Below, piece by piece: positions 24,601 through 36,816 of a stretch of 64,000 nucleotides of DNA (positions are counted from its first letter, which is position 1; the number at the start of each line of letters is the position of its first letter). The notes under the pieces are model-generated. The model was not told the origin of the DNA and searched no databases. It was given only the letters and a program-made list of their open reading frames with translations. This DNA is from Gordius albopunctatus (lineage: Eukaryota), in contig OZ193909.1 in the NCBI GenBank assembly GCA_964276515.1, forward strand, positions 21,018,001-21,082,000, given 5' to 3'. The position numbers and the translations under genes were made by a program.

Positions 24601-24929
24601 ATGAACATGTTTTGCCTGCCACTTTTTGTAAGTATCTTACATTTAGTGTTATAAAGTATTTTATGTTTTTTAATATTGAACAGATATTATATATAATATT
24701 CCTCCTACGCATTGGAAATGTAAAGTCTCTAGTATTAGGAGATACTAATGCTGAAATTGGAAAAACTTCAACAACCAGCAGACTATTAGATGATTTACAC
24801 TTAAAGAGGGAAAAGAGAGGCTATGTGTATAATAGAAATTATGGAGGAGGAGGTGGGTATAATAGAGGATATGGTGGGGGCTATGGTGGTGGTGGTGGTA
24901 GAGGATATGGTCATGGACGTCGTTGGTGA
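24601..24929 (+). CDS. Secreted Gly/Tyr-rich peptide precursor (antimicrobial or neuropeptide-like), 90 aa, 2 exons
   Basis: Exons 24601-24627 and 24684-24929 joined by a phase-0 56-nt GTAAGT...CAG intron: MNMFCLPLFILYIIFLLRIGNVKS (signal) - LVLGD...LHLKREKR (pro region plus furin site) - GYVYNRNYGGGGGYNRGYGGGYGGGGGRGYGHGRRW; AATAAA at 25083-25088. Confidence 0.82.
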
Positions 24930-25910
24930 TATTTATAACATGCCTAGCAAAATGTTTCATTATCATTACCTCTACGAATTTATTTAAAACTATATTTTTT
25001 GTTTGATATTCTCATCTGATCATCATTAATTTGTTGTGATCGATTTCAATTCAAATGCTATGTAATCTTAATTGTGAGCATAAATAAAGTTTACTATATT
25101 TTTAAAAAAAGCTTGAGGTATAAGCGAAAAAAACGAACAGATTTGTGTTCCCAACAAAAATAACTCTTTAAAAAACTGCTAACTATGTCCAGGTTGATGC
25201 TTTTTGTAAACCAGTTTAATTTATTAATGAATAGCTTAAATATTAATTTAGAAAAGCCTTTGAAGTGTTACTCCCAAATTGTATTTAATTAAATTTTGTT
25301 ATTGTTTCGCTCTGAGAAGTTAAACAGATAATATAATTTACCAATAAATCCCTATCTATTCTATCTGGCAACCTTTTCGACTTAATTATGTTTTTAATTA
25401 CTAATATGGCCTTGGAAACTAATTAAAGCATAACAAAACATTTAGTAGCTTAATTATGTTTTTTATTGACGTAAAAGCTTATTGATCAAAAAATACAAAA
25501 GTAGTAAAGTTAGTGATTTATATAGAATTATGATTTAGTAAGGTAAGTTAAAAGGCCCAATTTATTTTTAAACGACAATTTTAAATTATATTTTTTTGTG
25601 ATTAGTTATTTATATACAACTATTTAAGCATACAAACAGAAGTTTTTGAAACAATATGGGCATATTCGTTTAAAGTGGGCTTGGTGCCGTGCAATTTTAT
25701 GATTAAATCTGCTAGCTAAGTGCGGGCTGAAAAATATATTTCGGCTCGTGAAGTTTTCTATTGAGGGCTATGCCTAAGTAACGCTTAGGCGGGTACAGCT
25801 AGTTAAATATATAATCATATAGGTCTTTTAGAAGTGAATGCCTAATTGATAAAGATAACTATTTAAGTGACTAATGTTTAGCTTTTCAGGACTCATTTCT
25901 CTTTTACTTA

Positions 25911-28900
25911 TGTTAAGGGCTGATATTTATTCACATAAACTATTAGGAGTGGGATACCAAAAACGCGACAAAAAGTGTCCTGGTGTATATAACCAACGCA
26001 TTTATAAGTTACAACCAATTAACGATAATTTGATCGACAACGCGCGTGTAAATAACGTCAACACGTAGGTAACTATCGTATCTCTGGAGGCACTTCGCTC
26101 TCCTATTACCTCTCTACAGTTCCCCCCTTTTTACAGACAAAATCCTTAAGGAATTTTGGCGGTTTCCGGTTACGTTGTGGGTATCTCGGTTCTTCCCTAG
26201 GCGTTCCTGTCTGGTTTTGGGTTCCCTTGTCGCACTTGTTACCTCGCATACGCCTTTTTAACATCATCTCTGCCGGGCTTTTATTGGTTGCGGGGTGTTT
26301 TGTCGATCTATAGTTTCCCAGAAATCTATTTATCCCTACTTCCGACTCGTTCCTCATGATGGCTTCTTTCATTAATCGTACGTATCTTTCTGCCAAACCG
26401 TTCGACGCAGAATGGTAACGAGCTGTCCATCGGTGATTAATCCCTTTCATCTTGCAAAAGTTTTTTAAATCCTGTCCTTTGAATTGTGGGCCATTATCCG
26501 ATATTAGCCATGGTGGATTTCCAAATCTCGCAAACGTCTCGGCAAGTTTTTTTTATAATGGTTGTCGATGTGGTGTCTTCTAACTTAAACACCTCTACCC
26601 ATTTCGAACTATTGTCCACCATCACGAGGTATGACTTACCCTTGAGAGGCCCCATGTTATCTATATGTACTTGGACCCATGTTTTTTGGCTAGGTTGACC
26701 CTCTATCAACGGTGCCTTCTTCGCCGCCGTGGCCGTGTAATTGCGATTCCGGCACACTTTTGCTACGCTCAAAAGTCCTCGTCGAGAGTAGGCCACCATA
26801 TATACTGCCGCGCCACTTCTTGCATTCGCTTGATACCCACGTGGCCCCTATGTAGTCTTTGTAGTACCGCTCCTCGTAACTTAGCCGGAATTAATATTCG
26901 TCGCCCTTTGTAATATATTATGCTCTTGGCCTCATGCAACTTTGGCAATTGTTTTTCGTAGGCGCGTTTTAGCCCACCCGTGACCATTGTATTTTGTTTA
27001 CCTTTCATCCACTCTTTTACTTGACGTAGCCCCGGATCATCCAAGGTGTGTTGTCTTTACGTCCAATGAAATAAACGGATTCGTCGAGTCTTCTGGAATT
27101 TCCTCGGTAACCTAATACGCGTGTTCGTTCGGTTTCCTGGACAAGAAATTTGCCGCGTTTTCGGCTCCCTTATTGTACTCAAACTTGGTCGTGTAGCCTG
27201 ATACCATGAGGACCCACCTAGTTAGACGAGGTGCCATTGTTCGTTGCCCTTTTTGCTCTGATCAAATATATATACTAGCGGTCTATGATCCGTCATAATA
27301 GTAACGCTTCGTCCTTGTATATATTCATTGAACTTTTTTAGTCCATACACCACCGCCAGGGCCTCTCGTTCGATCGTAGCATACCGGCTTTCGCTATTGT
27401 TTAACGCTCTTGACGCATAGGCCACCACCCTCTAATTCTCTCCTGGTGCTCGTTGCTGTAAGATGGCCCCTAACCCTGTACTAGAGGCGTCTACGACCAG
27501 GCCAGTCTCCCAATCTCCATTAAAGTACGCCAGTACGGGGGCTTTCGTAAGGGCGGATTTGATAGATTCAAACGCGCCTTGTTGTTCTCCACCCCAGTGG
27601 TACACCACATTTTTTCCATTAGTTTCTGAATCGGGTGTATGATTTTGGCGTAGTCCTTAATGAACTCTGCAAAGTATGCTGTTAACCCAAGGAAGGGTTT
27701 TATTTCTTTTTTGTTTGTTAAATTTTTCCACTGCTTTACTATCTCGGCTTTATTTTCGTTGATTTGAATCCCCTTGTTACTTATTACGTATCCCAAAAAG
27801 GTTACTTCCTTCGCCCACAAGTTGCTCTTGGCAATGTTTGGCACGAACCCCCACTTTTGTAACGTTTTTAGTACTTTGAGTAACCGCTCGTTGTGAATTT
27901 CTTCCGTTTCCCCTGCAATTAGTATGTCATCGATGTATACCGCTACCCCCTCCATGCCTCCTAATATTTGGTCCATTGTTTTTTGGAAAATAGCCGCGGC
28001 ACAATTTAAGCCAAATGGCATCCGGTTAACTTTGAATAAGTCCTTGTGAGTCGAGATCGTCAACCGTTGGCTCGTCTCTGGTACTAATTCCAGCTGTAAG
28101 TACGCTTTCGTAAGGTCCAGCTTCGTAAAATAACACGCGTTATCGAGTTTATTTAACAAATCGTCGATTTTGGGTAAGGGGTACAGCAACCCTTGTGCGT
28201 ATTTATTTATCGTAAACCGGTAGTCTATACACAATCGCAGAGTCCCATCGCTTTTTTTCACGTGTATCACTGGGCTGGTCCATCTTGAGAAATCGATTGG
28301 TTCTATCACCCCGTCTCTGACCCATTTATTCAGCTCTTCTTCTACTTCTTTCTTCCATGCCATCGGTACCCTTCGTGCGGGGATAAATACGGGCTCTATG
28401 CCCTCTTTTAACGGCACTTCCACCGTTATTCCCTTGACTGCTTTTGGGCATTCGTTTAGTGTGCTATCCCATTGCTTCATCACGTGCTGGATCGCGGATT
28501 TGGTATTCTTCGGTCTTTCCACGTAATTGACCGCGAACCGTTCCGCCGCAGCTCTCGAGTTCCAACGTATCCGATGCCAGATTTCGGGCTCGAATTCTTG
28601 GATCCAATCTATCCCGCACAACGGCGACCCCGCTACGTCTGCTAATAATAACGACAGCTGTTTCCTCGTGTTCTCCATTCGGACATCGGCTTGTACCTTG
28701 GCTACGATCTTTATTTCCCCGTGGCCGTAGGGGTACACCGTCGGGACGGCCTCTTTGTTGCGTGGGATCTCCTTCGCCCATCTTCGCGCCGGTAATATCG
28801 AAACCGTTGCGCCGGTATCGACGATAAATTGGAACAATTCGTTATTAATATATATATTAACTGTTAGCACATCTAAAGCATGGTTTAACCTGGGAATCCG

Positions 28901-29662
28901 GACCGGCCCAGGCCATGCTTCTCGTCTCGCCACTATGCTCCGAGCCTCTTCGACCCCGTCCTGCAAGGTGCTTAGCTCTCAATTTATCGTCTCGGCCGTT
29001 AATGCCAGCTCTCGTAGGCGGTCCCATTTGATGTCATTTTCCTATAATGAATTGGTCGACGATTCTCCTCTGCACTTCTTCATTTCCGAAGTTGCGGCTA
29101 TTAGCCCCGGCCTTGAGTCTATTAGCGTACGCGTCTATCGTCTCTCCCTGACCTTGTCGAATCTTTGAGAATTCTTACCTCTTTGCCCTCGTACATGAAT
29201 TTCTCTGGAATAATTTCCTTAACCGATTTCTCGCTTCTTCGTATGTAATTCCTATCAACTCTTGCGGTCTATAATCCTCTAGTATTAATTGGAATGCATC
29301 CCCCTCGAGGCTGGTTAATAATAGCGCGACTTTTTGTTCATCCGTCTCCGTCTTATTGTTCCTAAGGAATAACTCAAATTGAGTTAAGAAAGCGTCGATG
29401 TTAGCCGTTGTTTTATATTTCTGCATCTCCGCGTAGGTTTCGCCACGACGCAACTGTTAAGGACTGATATTTATTCACATAAATTATTAGGAGTGGGATA
29501 CCAAAAACACGACAAAAAGTGTCCTGGTGTATATAACCAACGCATTTATAAGTTACAACCAATTAACGATAATTTGATCGACAACGCGCGTGTAAATAAC
29601 GTCAACACGCAGGTAACTATCGTATCCCTTGAGGCAGTTCGCTCTTCTATTACCTCTCTACA
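25911..29662 (-). mobile_element. Ty3/Gypsy LTR retrotransposon, full outline, with frameshifts
   Basis: 208-bp LTRs 25911-26118 and 29455-29662 (8 differences by eye); TSD ACTTA; PPT AAAAAGGGGGGAAC; gag, protease VDTGA, RT YIDD, RNase H TDHRPL and integrase SNGLAER fragments. Confidence 0.94.
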
Positions 29663-29699
29663 ACTTATATATTATTTGTTTAAAGTTTATATGTTGGAG

Positions 29700-30467
29700 A
29701 TCTTCTTCTTCAATATCAAGTATTTGGTCCAACATTTGTGGGGTTTGATTTGATGAATTATTTCCATATTTAGGTCATTGGTGACCCTTATTAATATATG
29801 CCCATACGACCTTTACCGATTTGGGTCAATCGAATCTGCCATATGTTGAATACCCATTTTTGTCATGAGAAAGTCATTCGTCATATGGTCGAGCTTAGTA
29901 TAATTAAGCTTCACCATATCATTCTCATCTCAGTGGCTTGTAATAGATTTTCTTCCGTAGTGTTAATTGCCGTGTTTCATATCCATAGATTTACATCGGC
30001 CTTACGATGGATTTCTAAGCTTTAATCTTCAACCATATTGGTTTTATTGTTGCGCATTAGATTGGATGTAATTCGCCATTTAAGTCATCATTTTTGGATC
30101 CGGGCATTGACTTCTGCTGCGCTATCTCCCTCTAGTTCTAACATCGAGCCGAGGTATGTAAATTTACTTTTAGGTACTTAATATGGTGATCTAGGGATGG
30201 GGTTTCTCTAACATTCATCTCCATTTATAAAGTTTGTCGATCGTTGACCTTTAAACCATATCCTCCTAAGAGCTTTGACTACTTCTTCGAAGAGTCTCTC
30301 CTTTGTCTATTCGCATAGTACTATATCATAGGCATATAGCATACACCAAGTCGATGGCTAAATGGATTTAGAGCAGACCCTTGATGTAATCCAATTTTAA
30401 ACCAAAAAGGTTTAGAGTCTCCAACTGTCATCCAAACGCACGAAGAAGAGGCTTCATAAATATTTTT
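29700..30467 (-). mobile_element. Old 5'-truncated, internally deleted RTE family A fragment
   Basis: Diverged match to ~3040-4000, including the GAAGAAGA tail. Confidence 0.8.
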
Positions 30468-30519
30468 TAAGCTGTACATGTGTGCCTGGGATATATCTTT
30501 TTCTCAAGCACCTCCACAT

Positions 30520-30655
30520 TAGTGATGCGGAAAACCCGAGAAAAATCTCCGTCTCGTCTCGAAAAACCGAGACGAGAATTTGAAAAATTGAGTAGAGATC
30601 GAGACGAGAAATTTGACCTCGATACGAGACGAGATTTTATCAGCGAGATCACGGC
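30520..30655. mobile_element. Isolated end of a hAT-like element (TAGTGATGCGG / CGAGAC-repeat family)
   Basis: Reverse-complement match to ~38885-39025. Confidence 0.65.
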
Positions 30656-31244
30656 TTTAATTTTTGTTTTTTACTATTAAGTCTTAATTTACCTTATTAG
30701 CAATTTTTATTTTATGAGATTAACATTTGGGATATTAAATGCAAATTAATTCAATTTGACCATAATAAGGATTACTATAGCCTTTACCCTACTCAAGTTA
30801 ATAAGGTATCAATATCCAAGAAGGACCCAAAATTTTTAATTGTTTTTAGGTCGGTTTTAGTCATAGACCTCTTCAAATCTAAAAAAGTGTACATTCCCCC
30901 CCCCCCCCATATTAAATCGTGTAAAATGAAGGATGTAGTATTTTGTTATTGAGCTACCGTTTTGCTTAGCTTCAAAATTAATCATAATTAAGTCTTAAAA
31001 AATACATTTTGCAGATTTATTAATTTAAAAATAAAATGATAAATGCTTTGGCTTTTACATTAAAATTACAAATGAAGGTATATTAAGGTGTCGACAAGAT
31101 TTAATTTATAAACAAAAGTAATAAAAACCAGTTGAAACAGGAGGGTGAATAATAGCGAACACTGGTTGGAACAAGGGTGTTAACACTTATTGAAATAGTG
31201 GGGTAAACAACGTTAAGATAAAGGATATAGTGGGGTAAACAACT

Positions 31245-31440
31245 TTAAGATAAAGGATATGATTCCGAAGCAGAGTTGATAGGGCAGAGCTTGGCGGATA
31301 AGGAGGGTTTTATGAGTTTGCAGAGGATTTTTGATATAATACGGCCAAAAAGACTTCCAATGGCAATGGGTCTAACTGAGTTATCCGGTTTTTTGATGGC
31401 TATAAGTTTTGCACCGAATAAAATAGGGATCATTTCATGA
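31245..31440 (-). mobile_element. CRE-like non-LTR retrotransposon RT fragment
   Basis: GAKLIAIKKPDNSVRPIAIGSLFGRIISK, typical of the RT N-terminal region of CRE-type elements. Confidence 0.6.
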
Positions 31441-31692
31441 GGATATATTAAAAAATTACTAAATATAAAGCTAATAATAAAAAAAGAAATAACATATGAA
31501 TAAGCTTTTAATTTATATTCATTTGCACATAAACTAATGAATATTTATAGAGAGTAAGGTGAACACGGCCTTTTATAATGTAAGGTACACACGCTTACGT
31601 ATTTTAAATGATAAGCCATATGCTATTATTTTTAAGTAATAGCTCATTATACAGTTAATTTTATTATAATGATTATCTTATATCTATGTGTA

Positions 31693-32776
31693 TAATAAAA
31701 ATAATTATAGGAATAATAATATTAGAAATAATAATAGGATAAATTTATTGATCACTAGGGCCGGGGCGTGGAAACTACACAACAAAGGATAATTATATGG
31801 ATAAGAATAAAAAAATATGGTTTTTACCAACTCGGATTTGGCTAACAATATTAAAATATATAATTATAGCAATAATATAATCTGTAGAAAATAATATACA
31901 ATTATACGTATTCACATATACGACATCTTTCTCTTTAAAGAATGAAGGCTCCCTCTGGTTTTGATCTTCGACCATTACTCCATCAACAATGTGTAACATT
32001 ACATAGACTCTTGAAGGGGACTAGCTGTAATGATGAGATGGGATGGAAATTATCAGAAGGGAAAATATGTAGGTTTGAGGGTGTGGACTTGGCAAAGTGA
32101 GTTCTGGGGAAGCTAGTTCCAAGAATGGGTTAGCTGGGAAGGTAGGATGGGGTGGAAATTGTCATAAGGGGAAATATGGAGGGTTTGAGGGTGTGGATTC
32201 GGAAAAGTGGGATTTGGGGAAGCTAGTGGCAGGGGTTGAATTTATATGTGGATTTTTCATTTAAAGTATTAAGATGTTCCTGGCATACTAGATCTCCTGA
32301 ATTTATGAACCTTGAGAATAATCCTATCCTCTCCCATTCATAGAATAATGTTTCCTTTTTAATTGAACTAACATCATAAGTTCTTATTATCCCTTGAATT
32401 CTAATGGAATTAACATCATAAGTTCTTATTATCATCTTTTTTCCTCCTTAGAATTAAGCCTGAATTTTGAATTCTTTCTCCACTCTTTTTGTTCAATAAC
32501 CTTGGTTTAATTGAGGCTTGGGTTCTTCTTTCGCTATCACCATTAATAAAAATAATTATAGGAAAAATAATATTAGAAATAATAATAAGATAATTTTATT
32601 GATCACTAGGGCCGGGGCGTGGAAACTACACAACAAAGGATAATTATATGGATAAGAATATAAACATATGGTTGTTACCAACTCGGATTTGGCTAACAAT
32701 ATTAAAATATATAATTATAGCAATAATATAATCTGTAGAAAATGATATAAAATTATACGTATTCACATATACGACA
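31693..32776 (-). mobile_element. TRIM-like miniature LTR retrotransposon (1084 bp)
   Basis: 233-bp LTRs 31693-31925 and 32544-32776; TSD GTGTA; on the minus strand PBS-like TGGTGATAGCG and PPT AAAGAGAAAGA; non-coding interior. Confidence 0.82.
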
Positions 32777-32889
32777 GTGTACTTATAATATTATTTAATA
32801 ACAGTATAATGAGGACTATGTTTTATATTAATTTTGCATTTTGTATATAAATACATTTACATTTGCATTATAATTATGGCTTGTTATAG

Positions 32890-34515
32890 AGTAAAATATA
32901 TTCATTTTATGACAAAATGCGAAGAAGGTGTTCAAGGGGCAGACCTGCCCTCTTGCGCAAAGTTTCATGTTTGGAAATATTCGACAGATACCCGGGGAAG
33001 AAATCGTACAATATATCCGAAGGCTAACAGAGGCGTCAAAGGACTGCGGTTTTCAGCCCGGAGAATTATCGGCCAGAATGCTCAATCAGCTGATTTTAGG
33101 GCTCTACGACCCAACGGTGCAGGCTGCGTTGATGGCCAAAAAGGACCTCAAGTGGGATAAGGCGATGGAGATCGCCTTAGGTCGCGAGGCAATCGGTGAA
33201 GGCCTGAGGACGAGGCGTTCATGGTCGAAGCGGGGAGGTCGGGCCCGAGTATGACCAGGTTTGGCCATGCTTTAGATATTTTGACTATTGATGTATATAT
33301 TAATAACACCTTAATAACTTTTCTTGTGGACACGGGCGCCACCGTTACAATCGTGCCGGCCAACGTGTGGAAAGAGCGGTTACCGTTGCAAACAAACCCG
33401 AGACCTTCCGTACATGCTTTCGGCGGCAAGGAGATGAAGATTATCGGCGACGTAACAGCCGAGGCCCGGCTAGGTTCCAAACGGAAGCGCCTGCCACTGT
33501 TAGTTGCGGATGTAAAGGGACCGCCTTTACTCGGAACTGACTGGATAAAAAAGTTCGGAAAGGACGTATGGGAGCTAGACAAATGGAATTCGCGAAGCGT
33601 CATGGAGCGCTACATAGTGAGTTTCGTCGAGGACAAGGCCCCAAAAGAGCCGTGCGTAACCAATAGACACGTCGAAGATAGGGTTCGACGGGTGACGGGG
33701 CAGAAGCGGGCAAATATCCACCAAGTGACTGGGATAACGCCTGCAGAAGGAAGATGGGGGGGGGGGGGAATTCGAACCAAGTGGGAGGTTTTACGGCAAA
33801 TAAAACCGCAACATTGGACGGAGAGTGGAAAATCACGCACGTACGACGTCGGAGACCCAGTGTGGGTGCGTATGTTTCTGGGGTCCGATAAATGGGTGGA
33901 GGGCATCGTTATTTCCAAGCGCGGGCGCGCTCGTTCGATATTAGGGCCCAAGGGAAAAGCCATCATTGGCATTTGGACCAGGTAAGACCAAGGAAAATAT
34001 TGGACGGGAGATTGGTGGGACATTAAGATGGATGGCCGGACCGGAATACACTCGTGCCATCGAGTCCCGTTGCAAACGAGCCAATAGATGCAAGCCTCTT
34101 ACCAACGGTGTCCAGTCAAAGTTCCCTGCCAATGATTTCCAATGACAATGCCGCTACAGAAGCGGGTGAACACAATGCCCTTCCCATGGCTCCGGAGCTA
34201 AACAACGCCCCGCCTAAGGTTAGATACTCGCGCCGGGTACGACAGCCCCCAAGCTACCTAAAACAGTAGCTTTGTGAAAAGGGGGGGGGGGTGTAGAGAG
34301 GTAATAGGAGTGCGAAGGGCCTCCGGGGATACGTTACCCGCGTGTTAATCAAATTACCGTTGCCTAAGTGTTGTCGCTATCTACCCGTGTGTTGTCAATT
34401 AAATTAGCGTTAATTGGTTGTAACGTATATATGAGTTTGATATACACGTCTGACTCACTTTCTATTATCCCGAGTTAAAGCCTTGAAGTAAATAAAGAGT
34501 TTCCCCGGCTTAACA
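32890..34515 (+). mobile_element. Truncated Gypsy element related to 25911-29662 (gag-protease fused to the integrase C-terminus, 3' LTR only)
   Basis: LVDTGATV protease; GDPVWVR...KWVEG integrase tail; PPT AAAAG11; LTR 34292-34515 begins TGTAGAGAGGTAATAGGAG like the LTR of the 25911 element. Confidence 0.82.
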
Positions 34516-34771
34516 ATAATCCTTCCTTGATCATTAGAGAATGTACAGCAAATTGAAACATAAATTAATCATATAAATGTAATTGTGATAGTAATCAATA
34601 TTTTGTTGTAAAAAATTGCTCTATCTTTTAGAATACAATAATACAAAATTGACAACAGTAGTTAGATAAGTCAAATAGTATGGACCATTATGCTCAAACA
34701 ACGATAATTATTATTTTAAATATATGATTATATCAATTTAGATGCATATGCAATCTTTAATATAATAAATA

Positions 34772-35014
34772 ATTTGTTATAATACCTGAATATAAAAGAA
34801 CAGCTTATGTATTTTGTTATATGTTTAATTATTTTAAATTTTATAGTAACTTTATAACAGATAGTTTATATAAATTCCAATTTTAAAAATTTGGTATAAA
34901 TCATTTGTTATAATACTTAATAAAAACGAACAGCTTATGTATTCTGTTATATGTTTAATTATTTCAAATTTTATTGTAACTTTATAACAGATAGTTTAAG
35001 TATAAATTCCAATT
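34772..35014 (+). repeat. ~130-bp tandem duplication, AT-rich
   Basis: ATTTGTTATAATAC...GAACAGCTTATGTATT...TATAAATTCCAATT present twice. Confidence 0.6.
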
Positions 35015-36816
35015 CTAGAAATCTTGTATTTTAATATTTTCATATGCTTTTTTGCCTTATTTGTGGAAAAGTTGAAAATGTCAATATTAGACGTTATGTC
35101 ACATACATACAAAAATTTGGTAACTTTTGATTGGTTTAGCCCTTGGCGTTCGGAAGCATTGGCATCATGGACGATTGTCTTTTTGAAAAGAAGCGTAAAT
35201 TAGTTCGCTTCTAGTGATGGGAAAAACCTAGGTTTTGGTAGTATAACCTAATAGCATAGGTCAGGGTTTTTAAAGACCTCGAAGGTTTTATTGACGCGCT
35301 AACCTATAAGATAGGCATTAGCACAAAATCAACATAAAACCTTAGGTGAATTCTATCGCGCAAATTAGCCTAAGCGCTATTAGGTGGATATTAGCGCTAT
35401 GCTAAACCTTTAGGTTAGGTGACCTAAGGTCAATATTCGAGTAAACTATAGTCCCTAAATTTCTCTCTTATTTTTTTTGTAATATTAAATGATATTAACA
35501 AATTATTATAATATTAATAAGTAAAAAATCTAATAATGAATAAGTTAAAGTTAACTTGTCTAAAATATTTTATTGTAAGCTAAATTAAAATACATTTAGT
35601 ATTTAAAACTATACCGCCACCTAGATATTAATTAAATTTAGATATTCCCCCTTTTGCTGAGACAGATAGATTATTAAAGAAGGAGAAGGGGATATTGTGT
35701 GGTGCTGGCATGTGTGCTGTCGCTTTGTTGTGTATTATGTATGTATTCCATTCCTAATACTAGCTATGCTGAGCTAAGCGTAAGCAAGTGCTAATATATA
35801 ATAGGAAAGGTTGCTTAGGCTGTTGATAGCATACTAAAGTATGCTATCTGCTTAAGGCTACTTTAGCATGCTTTAGGCTAATTATAGCATGCATTAGGAT
35901 TAGGCTATTGCTAGAAAAGCGCTGTGTCTGAGACAGATAAATTGTTAGAGAGGGAGAGGAGAGGGGGATATTTTGTGGCGCTGGCAGCATGTGTGCTGTG
36001 TTGTGTATTATTCCTTTCCTAATTTACGATAAAAAAAATGGAGGCCATAATATGCTGAAATATTGACATTCTTCTGTGTAATTAGTTTGCTATGCGTTTA
36101 ATTAATTTTTTATTCGATATTTTTTTTCGATTAAAATGCTAATTTTTTTTATTCTTACATAAGTTTAAATTTATTTGGTATTCCTTTTTTATTTAAATGC
36201 TTTTTGGTTTTTTATTTTAATGCTATTTTTTATTGATACTAATCAGTATCTTTCAACATAAAATAGCAACACTTTGGATAAATAAATGTTGATTTGATTC
36301 GCCTAACCCATGGCATGCAGTGGCGGGGCGCCAATGAGGGACCCCCCCCCCCCATTTGATTCGCCTAACCTATGGAAATGGCATGCTGCAGTGCAGTGGC
36401 GTCAATAAGGGACGCCACACCCCCCCCCCCCCCCCGGCAAAAAGTTGAAAAGTGTTTTTATTTATTAAGTAGGATATTAATTACTTTTTTTATGACTACC
36501 CTCGTTATTACTAGTCAAGCTCAAGATGATATAATACCTTGCGGAGATTAATAGACACCCCTCTATCTGCACTATTTTGTTTTAAGGATAATTCGCTCTC
36601 TACGGGGAATGTTTCCAGATAAAATGTGGGGAGAAAAACTGTTTTGTTTGGACTCCTTCTAAATCTAGAAAGAATTGTATTAGTTGCCCAAAGTATTTTG
36701 GACGCAAGACATCAACGAGTAAGTATTTTTAACGATTCATCATATTATCCTAGCCGATCATTCATAATATATTTGTAGGCAATATCAAACTCCACTATAA
36801 AAACGCTCATGGAGAA

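Noticed and set aside
24745..24966. His-rich ORF on the minus strand
   Set aside because: Antisense shadow of the GGT/GGA-rich peptide gene.
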